A stretch of DNA of 39,618 nt, from positions 1-39,618 of the IMG/VR virus record IMGVR_UViG_3300032305_003061; one strand, written 5' to 3'. The position numbers and the translations under genes are program-made. Position 1 is the stretch's first letter, and every line of letters begins with the position of its first letter. The DNA comes from a virus. Lineage: Duplodnaviria; Caudoviricetes. The notes beneath the pieces were generated by a model. It made no database searches, was not told the DNA's origin, and worked only from the letters and a program-made list of their open reading frames with translations. Positions 18,917-26,803 of the stretch are shown here, in pieces.

Positions 18917-19263
18917 GATACCTAACTCTTACTTTACTGTTTGCATTTGGCAAAATTTGCTTTGGCGAAGAATTGCCAATTGTAAAATTTCCAAACAAAA
19001 AAGAAATCGAAAAAGCAAAAATTAAAGAATTAATTAAAGAACTTGATGCAAACAGTAAAGAAGAGCTATTAAAGGCAGACCAACAAAAAAAAGAACTAAA
19101 AGAAAATCTAAAAGAAGAAATAAAACCTCTTCCGTCAACCGCTTCCAATCCATCTTCCCCCAAATTGTATAATACGGCAACAACCAATAAGCCTATCTAT
19201 ACAACAAAGTCAATTTATTATAAAAAATCACCAGTTAGATCAAAAGCATACTGTCCTACTTGA
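18913..19263 (+). CDS. Small exported Lys-rich protein
   Basis: GTGA overlap; signal-peptide-like N-terminus; ends YCPT. Confidence 0.65.
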   Translation: MRYLTLTLLFAFGKICFGEELPIVKFPNKKEIEKAKIKELIKELDANSKEELLKADQQKKELKENLKEEIKPLPSTASNPSSPKLYNTATTNKPIYTTKSIYYKKSPVRSKAYCPT

Positions 19264-19297
19264 CCAAAGTAGGACAGAAGCCTTCGGTCGAAGGTAA

Positions 19298-19726
19298 TCA
19301 TTCTGAAATTACTGAATCAATAACAGAAGTTTTGGTTACAATCATTCTTCCTCGAATTCTTTCTGCATAAGACTTGCAGAAAGCTTTCATTTTAACAGTC
19401 ACATTATCATTTTTATCATTTTCTTTAGAAGAAAACTTTGGTTCTTTTAATCTAATACTCTTATTATCGCTAATTTCAAAAAAAACAATATTAATATTAT
19501 CCAGAAATTGATTATCAACTATCTGAACACTTGGATTAGAAGAAACAATCCAATTAATACTTTCAAGGTATAATGTTTTATTAGCAAGTTGCTTTGTAAG
19601 TTCTATTTCATCAATCTTTGGACCAGATGTCGGTGGCGTTTTAGCTGTTACTAAAATCATAATACCTAAAAGGGTCAACGAATGAAAACTCAAAAATAAA
19701 TATCTCCAAAATCCGTGACAATTCAT
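19298..19726 (-). CDS. Membrane-anchored hypothetical protein
   Basis: GGAGG before ATG 19726; one N-terminal hydrophobic helix. Confidence 0.7.
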   Translation of the reverse strand: MNCHGFWRYLFLSFHSLTLLGIMILVTAKTPPTSGPKIDEIELTKQLANKTLYLESINWIVSSNPSVQIVDNQFLDNINIVFFEISDNKSIRLKEPKFSSKENDKNDNVTVKMKAFCKSYAERIRGRMIVTKTSVIDSVISE

Positions 19727-19754
19727 AAGCACCTCCACTTTAAATTAGTGGAAG

Positions 19755-20624
19755 TTATGCATAAAAGTCATTAATTTTCTGATGCCACTCAGTTTGTTCC
19801 CGTTTATTATCAGAGCAAATATCCGATAATTTAGATTGTTCAACATTGTCTTTTAAAGATTGAGACAGAGATTCTACTTCCAATCGTGTTAACTTCATAG
19901 CTCCACGCATTGGATGATAATCATTCCAAGCTTCAATCGTATATGGAATCAAAGGCGTAATAAGCTTTAGAATAGCATCAGCATACACCCTAATTTCCTT
20001 CTGAGCGTGTGCATCTGCCCGAAGGGATAAAAGATGCAACAAATTATGTAAGTTCTGTTTCCAGTACCATTCTGTATAAAGATTAAGCGGCAAAACCATT
20101 CTGGCTTGTTCTCTTGAAACACCAGCATCTAACATTTGCAAATAAACAGAATATGCATCTTTGCAGCTTAAATCAATTTTATCAACAAATTCTTGAGATG
20201 TTTCCTTGTCCAAAATCTCTTCACCACCTTGCTTATTAGTTTTTGATTGTTTGCGTAAATCTTCAACATCAGGAATATAAAATTCATCCTTCATGACAGA
20301 ATATCTTCCTGAAATCTCATTAAGAGATACAGTTCTGTGCCTTATCATTTGTCTAGCAATGAAGATAGGCATTTTCATGTGTAGCTTAAAATCAATTCCC
20401 TCGAATGGAGAAGTGTGATTGTGTCTTAGAAGATAACGTATTAATCCTTTATCTTCATTTACAGATTTTGTTCCATCTCCATAACTAACCCTTGCCATCT
20501 GAGCAATTGCATAATCACATGTTTGTCCATCAGGAACAATTCTTGGCATTACATCAATTAATTTTACAAAACCTTTATCAAGGCATTGAACTTCTTTAAC
20601 TGGAACTAAATCAAGTGCGTCCAT
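19755..20624 (-). CDS. thyX: FAD-dependent thymidylate synthase
   Basis: ARVSY, HTSPFE, PIFIARQMIRHRTVSLNEISGRY, EQARMVLP, LRADAHAQKEIR; start ATG 20624 after AGAGGA. Confidence 0.96.
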   Translation of the reverse strand: MDALDLVPVKEVQCLDKGFVKLIDVMPRIVPDGQTCDYAIAQMARVSYGDGTKSVNEDKGLIRYLLRHNHTSPFEGIDFKLHMKMPIFIARQMIRHRTVSLNEISGRYSVMKDEFYIPDVEDLRKQSKTNKQGGEEILDKETSQEFVDKIDLSCKDAYSVYLQMLDAGVSREQARMVLPLNLYTEWYWKQNLHNLLHLLSLRADAHAQKEIRVYADAILKLITPLIPYTIEAWNDYHPMRGAMKLTRLEVESLSQSLKDNVEQSKLSDICSDNKREQTEWHQKINDFYA

Positions 20625-20648
20625 TGTATCATCCTCTAAGATTTTATT

Positions 20649-20657
20649 ATTATAACA
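20649..20657 (-). promoter_or_regulatory. Extended -10 sigma70 promoter for thyX
   Basis: Minus strand TGTTATAAT, 25 nt upstream of the ATG. Confidence 0.55.
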
Positions 20658-20678
20658 TAGAAAATAATGAATACAAAT

Positions 20679-20711
20679 AAAAAAGGCGGAGGTTTTTAGG
20701 AAACCCCCGCC
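20679..20711 (-). terminator. Rho-independent terminator
   Basis: Minus strand GGCGGGGGTTT-CCTAA-AAACCTCCGCC followed by TTTTTT; the G-U pair works only on the minus strand. Confidence 0.85.
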
Positions 20712-20821
20712 AGAAAAACCTGACATATGTCTATTAAAAATTTATTGATTATTTATATTAGGATTTTAACATTAAGGAGATCGAAACCTCCACAAGTATG
20801 TATGCAGCAACGTGTTATTTT

Positions 20822-21394
20822 TTATTCCGGTCTAATAAATCCTCTTTCAGGAATTGGTAAATTCGGATTAAGTGGTCGAATTCTTTTTTCAGATTGTTGA
20901 TACATGTTATGAGTTGCTGATATACTATTTTCAATTTCTTGTAATGCTTTTTGAATACTATCAGAAATTTCTTGACCTTGTTTGGTTTGTTTCAAAGAAG
21001 GGCTATTTTTAATAGCATCAGAATAATTAATAAGAGCAGTCTGTAGTTCTAAGTACTTTCTTCTAATATCTTTCGGATCATCACCAGCATTCTGACCAAA
21101 TATCGCTCTCCCAAGTCCTGTAGTAGTATCCATAGCTCCTTTGCCAATAGCATCCATAGCTCCTATGGCAGCACCTTTGACTCCTTGTCCATCCTTAATT
21201 CTTTTCTCAATAGCACTACCAACTCCTACAACAGTGTCTTTGGCTCCTTGTCCTAAAGCTTTGCCAGCATCACGCATTTTATTATTAATGCCTAATCCTT
21301 CAAGTGCTCCATCAACAAATGGACCTCCTATTACGCCTTGCTCTTGGACAACAAATTTTTTTTTATTTTTTAAAAAATCTGTAAATTTACTCAT
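20822..21394 (-). CDS. Putative head internal protein, glycine-rich amphipathic
   Basis: MSKFTDFLKNKKKFVVQE/Q; GxxxG-rich segment; C-terminal helix similar to the neighbouring gene. Confidence 0.75.
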   Translation of the reverse strand: MSKFTDFLKNKKKFVVQEQGVIGGPFVDGALEGLGINNKMRDAGKALGQGAKDTVVGVGSAIEKRIKDGQGVKGAAIGAMDAIGKGAMDTTTGLGRAIFGQNAGDDPKDIRRKYLELQTALINYSDAIKNSPSLKQTKQGQEISDSIQKALQEIENSISATHNMYQQSEKRIRPLNPNLPIPERGFIRPE

Positions 21395-21431
21395 AATCAA
21401 CTCCGATTTTTTTCATTTCAGATAAATCATC

Positions 21432-22169
21432 TTATGCGTAAGAGGGAGCACCTGCTGGTAATGGTGGTACGCCTCCTCCTGCATATGGATTTCTTTGTTG
21501 GGGTTGTGCTTGATTTGGATATTGTCCCAGTTGCTTATAATCTTGAGGTCTGGATTGTTGTTGTTGTTGTTGTTGTTGATTTGCTCTTTGAGCAATAGCG
21601 TTCAAATTTTGTGCAATGTCTTGAAGTGCATCTTGAACCGCTTCATCGTTTGCCAAAACAGGATTGTTTTTTACAATATTAGCGTAACCTTGAAGAGATT
21701 GTGTAAGTCGGGCATGATTAGTCGCAAAGTCTCCTTGACCACCGATAGTTCTTCTAGTAAAGCCACCTTGACCACCTTGACCACCTTGACCACCTTGTCG
21801 TGTTTGTGGTGCTTGTTGACCTTGTGGTGCTTGTTGACCTTGTGGTGCTTGTGGTTGACCTTGCTGCTGTGCTGCTGGTTTGCTAGAACCGAATACAGAG
21901 TTATAGAGACCTGATGCGGCATTATAGGCACCTTTTCCTAAATAATTTACACCTTGTCCTACTTTATTACCAACGTATTTAGCAGCATCAGTTGCACCTG
22001 ATGCATCAAGGGCACTACCAATAGCCTGACCACCAAGATATGTACCCGCTGCTCCTAAAGCAGCACCTGCATAAGGTGCTGCTGCCATGGCAAGGGGTAT
22101 AAGTGGAGCAATTTCATTAAGGGCATTCTCTTCATCCCTTTTCTCAACATATTCTGCGAAAGTTCTCAT
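21432..22169 (-). CDS. Putative head internal protein with Gly/Ala hydrophobic segment and Gln-rich repeats
   Basis: MRTFAEYVEKRDEENALNE/IAPLIPLAMAAAPYAGAALGAAG; QAPQG, QGG and polyQ tracts; GGAG RBS. Confidence 0.8.
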   Translation of the reverse strand: MRTFAEYVEKRDEENALNEIAPLIPLAMAAAPYAGAALGAAGTYLGGQAIGSALDASGATDAAKYVGNKVGQGVNYLGKGAYNAASGLYNSVFGSSKPAAQQQGQPQAPQGQQAPQGQQAPQTRQGGQGGQGGQGGFTRRTIGGQGDFATNHARLTQSLQGYANIVKNNPVLANDEAVQDALQDIAQNLNAIAQRANQQQQQQQQSRPQDYKQLGQYPNQAQPQQRNPYAGGGVPPLPAGAPSYA

Positions 22170-22204
22170 GATTAATCTCCAGTGGAATTAAAATATTTAT
22201 CTAT

Positions 22205-22597
22205 TTACTGTTGTTTTTGTAAAAGTGGTTTTAATAATTCTTGACTTGCTGCAATATCTTTACCAATTTTATCATAAATATTCATCAGTTTTGCGCCTTC
22301 ATACCATTCGTTTTTTCTTGGATGTGCGTTTACAAAATTTGTGACAACTCCAATAGCTCTCTCAACAGACTTAGTCAAGTCATTATAAACAGTGTAAATA
22401 TCTCCACTTTTTATTTGCTGCTGCTGCTGTGGTTGTGGTTGTCCTTGTGGTTGCTGACCTTGTTGCTGTTGTGGTTGTCCTGCTGGTGGTAATGCCGCTT
22501 TTGGTGGTTCTGGTTGTTGCACTGGCATTTGACCAAAATCTTGTTCACTTAAATAAGAAGAATTCCTGTTATTTAGAAAATCATAGAATGTATTCAT
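22205..22597 (-). CDS. Putative head internal protein, Gln/Pro-rich
   Basis: MNTFYDFLNNRNSSYLSE/Q; ATGA coupling. Confidence 0.75.
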   Translation of the reverse strand: MNTFYDFLNNRNSSYLSEQDFGQMPVQQPEPPKAALPPAGQPQQQQGQQPQGQPQPQQQQQIKSGDIYTVYNDLTKSVERAIGVVTNFVNAHPRKNEWYEGAKLMNIYDKIGKDIAASQELLKPLLQKQQ

Positions 22598-22803
22598 GCT
22601 CGTTTCCTTTTTCTTTTTGGACTAACATAATCTGTATCTGTTAAGTGTTGAATAGGACCACCGAAACCATGATCAGCAACGCTATAAAATTGAGGAAATT
22701 TTCTACCTATCATGCCAGCACCGATTGGCGAAGCAAAAGTAGCTACATCAGCTGTGCTTGTAGAAACTTCATCTATTTTCAACCAATGTTTGAAGCCTTT
22801 CAT
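22594..22803 (-). CDS. Small putative head internal protein with basic tail
   Basis: MKGFKHWLKIDE/VSTSTADVATF...PKRKRKRA; ATGA coupling on both sides. Confidence 0.75.
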   Translation of the reverse strand: MKGFKHWLKIDEVSTSTADVATFASPIGAGMIGRKFPQFYSVADHGFGGPIQHLTDTDYVSPKRKRKRA

Positions 22804-23165
22804 GCCTGTTTGCCTTTCAGAAAATCATTGTATTTTTCTGCACCAGCAAGACCTTGAGTTTTTAAATAATCTATAAAAGTAGGTGTTACAATTGTTTTTA
22901 TATTCAATTTACTTGGTACATGATCTCTGTAAGTCAAATCACCAAAAACACTTCTGTTTTTCATTGTGTAATTTTTGCCAGCTTTTTTAACATCAAAAGC
23001 TGAAGTACCAATTTGTTCATCACCATAAAGTGCTTGAGCAAAAACAGAAGGTGTTTTTTCTATAGCATTGTCGAAGTTTTTTTGATCAATATTGAAAAGT
23101 TTCAAACTTGTCATAAAGTCTGAATTTTTTCTTTCTTCATTGATATATTCAATAAATGTTTTCAC
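22800..23165 (-). CDS. Putative head internal protein
   Basis: GTG at 23165 gives MKTFIEYINE/E, matching the neighbours' N-terminal motif. Confidence 0.75.
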   Translation of the reverse strand: MKTFIEYINEERKNSDFMTSLKLFNIDQKNFDNAIEKTPSVFAQALYGDEQIGTSAFDVKKAGKNYTMKNRSVFGDLTYRDHVPSKLNIKTIVTPTFIDYLKTQGLAGAEKYNDFLKGKQA

Positions 23166-23183
23166 ACAAATATATACTAACAC

Positions 23184-23804
23184 ATGAATAAAAAAAATAC
23201 AGGTAGAAATTATTGTTGCTTTGTTTGTGATAAAAGTTTTGATGAGCTTGATTTACTCAGATCTCATATTACAACAGATCACAAAGAAGGAGATGATTAT
23301 GTTGTTTGTCCTATTTGCACTAGTCCTACAAGAGACTTAATAACGCATTACCGATCAAGGCACATAGGAGAAACAATACCGCAAGGATCACAAACACGAG
23401 CATTAATCATTCGTGATATAAAAAAAAAGGGTATATCCAATAAACTAACAACCAAATTTAAACAAGGTAATTTTTATTCTGAAAAAAATAAATGTGATAT
23501 TTTTTTTAGAAGTGGTTTAGAATTGAAATTTATTAAACATTTAGAAAAAAATCCAAAAGTAAAAAAGTATCAAGCAGAAAGCTTGCAAATAGAGTATTTC
23601 TTCAATGGTGGTAACCACAATTATATTCCAGATATACTAATTGAATATACTGATGGCAAAATAGAATTATGGGAAATAAAGCCAAAGTCACAAGTAAAAT
23701 GGGACAAAAACATTGCTAAATGGAAAGCAGCAAATATTTACTGCAAAAAAAGAAACTGGGAATTCATTGTAATGACCGAAAATGCTTTGAAAACTCTAAA
23801 ATGA
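23184..23804 (+). CDS. C2H2 zinc finger plus TnsA-N/T4 gp4-like PD-(D/E)xK endonuclease
   Basis: CFVC..HITTDH and CPIC..HYRSRH; FRSGLE, YIPDILI, WEIKP, KWKAANIYCKKRNWEFIVMTE. Confidence 0.85.
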   Translation: MNKKNTGRNYCCFVCDKSFDELDLLRSHITTDHKEGDDYVVCPICTSPTRDLITHYRSRHIGETIPQGSQTRALIIRDIKKKGISNKLTTKFKQGNFYSEKNKCDIFFRSGLELKFIKHLEKNPKVKKYQAESLQIEYFFNGGNHNYIPDILIEYTDGKIELWEIKPKSQVKWDKNIAKWKAANIYCKKRNWEFIVMTENALKTLK

Positions 23805-23835
23805 ATCATAAACACGATAGGTGATAAAATGAAAA
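23797..23835 (+). repeat. 39-bp leader/start cassette, copy 1
   Basis: TAAAATGAATCATAAACACGATAGGTGATAAAATGAAAA; 37/39 identical to 24783-24821. Confidence 0.9.
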
Positions 23836-24785
23836 ATTTTGTTGAATGGTTAAAAACAAAGCATCCACGATATTTTACAGAACAACAAAATGAACAAGAT
23901 AATCTGGGATATAGACCTGATGAAATAATAATTCAAAAAAATGTAATACCAAAACAACTGATAAGAAATGCGCAATTTGACACCAATAAATGGGATAAAG
24001 ATTTTAATAGATTACAAGACCCTAGTGAAAACCAAAATTCAGGATTTGCAACAATAAAATATTATTTTGACGAACCAGTAAGAATGCTTGTTGTGAAAAA
24101 AGAAGCATTAAAAAGAGTACGACCCAATGCTGAAGCATATTATATGCCGCTCCAGCACACTGTCGTTTTACCAAATACCATGTTTACTGAACTTCCTACT
24201 GCTTCATCAGATGGAAAGTTAACACCAGAAGGAGCAGAAGCATTAGCTCACGAATTACGACACTCAACACAACAAGGATTTGTACCAAAGGTAAGACAAC
24301 AAGACTCTAGTTTATCGGGAAAAGAACGTGAAAAAAAATACCATAAAGATCCCAGAGAAATGGGAGTAAGATTAGCTGCAATAAAAAATTACATGAGCAA
24401 AGACGCATTATATAAAATAGCCAATTTATCTACCAAAAACAAAGATTATGCAAATAAAATTGTTGAAACTTTACCAGAAGATGAAAAACTAATATTTCAT
24501 TTTATTTTGCATCCACAGGAATGGGAACGTCGATCTTTAAAGATAATCAATTCAGAAACAAACAATCCAGATAATCACAAGCTAATTAATTTGATTTTAA
24601 GATCTGTTTTATATGAGCTTATAACTAATTTAAGCAAAAGCAATAGTGATGTTAGTGAAATATTAAGTTTTTACAACACTTTGAATGGAGCAGAGAAGGA
24701 AGACTATTATAAAGAACTGATTGGTGCTTATGATCAAGTTGTAAAAAACCCACAAAACAATCAATTTGCATTTCAAAAAACTTAA
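23829..24785 (+). CDS. Zincin-like (HExxH) metallopeptidase-domain protein with capsid-targeting-like N-terminus
   Basis: MKNFVEWLKTKHPRYFTE/Q; AEAYY, LAHELRHSTQ, YHKDPREMGVR. Confidence 0.75.
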   Translation: MKNFVEWLKTKHPRYFTEQQNEQDNLGYRPDEIIIQKNVIPKQLIRNAQFDTNKWDKDFNRLQDPSENQNSGFATIKYYFDEPVRMLVVKKEALKRVRPNAEAYYMPLQHTVVLPNTMFTELPTASSDGKLTPEGAEALAHELRHSTQQGFVPKVRQQDSSLSGKEREKKYHKDPREMGVRLAAIKNYMSKDALYKIANLSTKNKDYANKIVETLPEDEKLIFHFILHPQEWERRSLKIINSETNNPDNHKLINLILRSVLYELITNLSKSNSDVSEILSFYNTLNGAEKEDYYKELIGAYDQVVKNPQNNQFAFQKT

Positions 24786-24821
24786 AATGAATCATAAATA
24801 CAATAGGTGATAAAATGAAAA
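24783..24821 (+). repeat. 39-bp leader/start cassette, copy 2
   Basis: TAAAATGAATCATAAATACAATAGGTGATAAAATGAAAA. Confidence 0.9.
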
Positions 24822-25252
24822 CATTCAGCAATTGGTTATCTAAAAATTTTTCTGAACAAACATATGGGACTCCACCCCCTGCTCCGCAGAGAGGTTATAA
24901 TCAATACGGCAGTAATGCCAATACTGATATTCAGGACCAAGAAATACAAAGATCTTCAATAGAAGACTTAGCAAACAAATTTTCTGCGGATAAAACTAAA
25001 TTAGATTTAGTTTTAAAGAAAAAAATAGAATTGTCAGGCGGATTGGACAATTTGTTCAGAAAAAATGTATACAACATTTATAAAATAGCAAGCCTACAAG
25101 CTGATGGTCAGATATCAAACTATATAACACCACAAAAAGCAACAGAATTACTAAGAAGAGAAGATTTAGATAGACACACAAAAAAACACTTAACAACAAT
25201 CGAACAAAAAGATGCTGTTAAAAATGCGTTGAACAACAGATATAGATTATAA
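24815..25252 (+). CDS. Putative head internal protein
   Basis: MKTFSNWLSKNFSE/Q; AGGTGA RBS. Confidence 0.75.
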   Translation: MKTFSNWLSKNFSEQTYGTPPPAPQRGYNQYGSNANTDIQDQEIQRSSIEDLANKFSADKTKLDLVLKKKIELSGGLDNLFRKNVYNIYKIASLQADGQISNYITPQKATELLRREDLDRHTKKHLTTIEQKDAVKNALNNRYRL

Positions 25253-25253
25253 A

Positions 25254-25886
25254 TTAATATTCATATCCTTTTAATTTAAACTTTTCGATTATAAAAGGAA
25301 TTAATTGTTGTATCACTTTCTCTTCAAGTGCTAAAAGATTACTATCATTCTTCATGTAATAATCAAACATAGGGTAACTACTGTCAGCGATAATTCCATT
25401 TGCACCTTTATTGCCAAAATAATCTGATGCTTCTCCCATAATCTTTTCACTATCGTTCTGATCAGCATTACGATGACTAGGACGATCAATAAGAACAACA
25501 ATGCCATCTTTTTCTTTAATTGCTTTAGCTTCGTTAAGATAACGACCATCTGTGATAATCACGTTTTGCATTTTATTCAAAACTTTGTCAATCCATACAG
25601 AGTTTTTAATTTTTCTAAATCCATCACCAATCATTTGTAAAGCTTGTCTGACATTCATTGTAAAACCGGGTGGTGGTTCAGGATTTCTTTTCCATTCTTC
25701 AATAAAATTAAAATCAACATCGAAATAATCACAATATATTTTCTTCACATTGTATGCAAAGGCAATTTTTGTAACAAGAGGTTTGTCGTAATTAACATAT
25801 TCCCACAAACGAGGAGCAAGCATTGCTGCAACTGTGTCTTTGCCAGATGCTGCCTGTCCAAATAAACCAACAATGATGTTTTTCAT
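25254..25886 (-). CDS. Deoxynucleoside monophosphate kinase (T4 gp1-like)
   Basis: GLFGQAASGKDT P-loop, AFAYNVK, RQALQMIG, WID, ITDGRYLNE. Confidence 0.88.
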   Translation of the reverse strand: MKNIIVGLFGQAASGKDTVAAMLAPRLWEYVNYDKPLVTKIAFAYNVKKIYCDYFDVDFNFIEEWKRNPEPPPGFTMNVRQALQMIGDGFRKIKNSVWIDKVLNKMQNVIITDGRYLNEAKAIKEKDGIVVLIDRPSHRNADQNDSEKIMGEASDYFGNKGANGIIADSSYPMFDYYMKNDSNLLALEEKVIQQLIPFIIEKFKLKGYEY

Positions 25887-25900
25887 GACTCTATTATAGT

Positions 25901-26146
25901 ATGAGCAAGAAAAAATGCAAGAACTGTTTTTGCTTCGATAAAAAAGAAAGTGTTTGCAAGGTGAACATAATTCACGAAGGTAAAAATGTTAATATGCCTG
26001 TCAATCCCAATGATAAGTGTCATTATGTTGAATTAGGTTTACCTATAGAACAGGTACGATTCTGGGAAGAAGAAATCAAAGGGAAAAAAATTGTAAAAAT
26101 GGAATATCCAGAAAACTTTTTTGGTGCTAATGCTAGTCAAATTTGA
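25901..26146 (+). CDS. Small Cys-rich hypothetical protein
   Basis: 81 aa, CKNC...C...C pattern. Confidence 0.7.
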   Translation: MSKKKCKNCFCFDKKESVCKVNIIHEGKNVNMPVNPNDKCHYVELGLPIEQVRFWEEEIKGKKIVKMEYPENFFGANASQI

Positions 26147-26765
26147 TTTTACGCATTTCTGTTAATTCACTATAATGAACTTGATAGTTCATATGTGATC
26201 CTTTTATGGCTTTCCTCATATCCCTATTTATCAAAGCATTTTTGTCACATCCACCAATAAAAACAACAGATGCTATTTTTGCTTTCATATCATCTAATGT
26301 CAAAAAACCAAAAACAAAATAATCATGCTTGATTTCAACTGGAATGAATTCAGTTTGACCGTCTTTAGTTCTGTAATAGCCAGCTTTAACTAATCCTGCC
26401 TGATACCAAGGTTCTTTGTGACTAGTTTTAATGTTAATTTTTTTGTCGTTGCGAACAAAATCATAGTCATCACCACCTTCTCGATAAAGAAGGTCAACAG
26501 GAATACTTTCTAGTTTAGCGTAACCCATTTCACCAATTACACCTGTACGTTCTGTCTTGTAAGGATCTGCATCAGTATTCATCATACCTCTGCCCCACTC
26601 CCCTTTTTTCTTATTAGCCCACATATTCTTTGAAAAATCCACACACATATCGTATTCTTCGCCAACAATGTCAACTTTAAAAGCAACTCTTTCCAAATCA
26701 TTAAAAGTGTATTTCACCAATTTTGGCTTTGTTGTTTTGGGAGTGAACATTGTTCCAACAGACAT
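26133..26765 (-). CDS. Hypothetical protein, possible PD-(D/E)xK-fold nuclease
   Basis: GVIGEMG..., GGDDYDF, INIKTS (Asn in place of the acidic residue); start uncertain. Confidence 0.5.
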   Translation of the reverse strand: MSVGTMFTPKTTKPKLVKYTFNDLERVAFKVDIVGEEYDMCVDFSKNMWANKKKGEWGRGMMNTDADPYKTERTGVIGEMGYAKLESIPVDLLYREGGDDYDFVRNDKKINIKTSHKEPWYQAGLVKAGYYRTKDGQTEFIPVEIKHDYFVFGFLTLDDMKAKIASVVFIGGCDKNALINRDMRKAIKGSHMNYQVHYSELTEMRKIKFD

Positions 26766-26803
26766 ACATTCCCCCTTTGTAAGACTCAATTAAAGGAGAA
26801 ACT

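Noticed and set aside
20625-20726. N-terminal extensions given by the track for thyX (also dCMP deaminase, SSB, dnaE)
   Set aside because: Extensions overlap terminators, promoters or upstream genes; internal ATGs have RBSs or tight coupling and match family starts.
20770-20795. tRNA T-arm-like GGAGGTTTCGATCTCC on the minus strand
   Set aside because: No acceptor stem, D-arm or anticodon arm could be built around it.
21555-21860. (TTG)n, (CCACCTTGA)n and 18-bp tandem repeats as a CRISPR array or contingency locus
   Set aside because: Units are multiples of three encoding polyQ, QGG and QAPQG linkers; no unique spacers.
23184-23804. Tn7-like transposon implied by the TnsA-like domain
   Set aside because: No TnsB/TnsC or terminal repeats; this fold is also the T4 gp4 head-completion nuclease.
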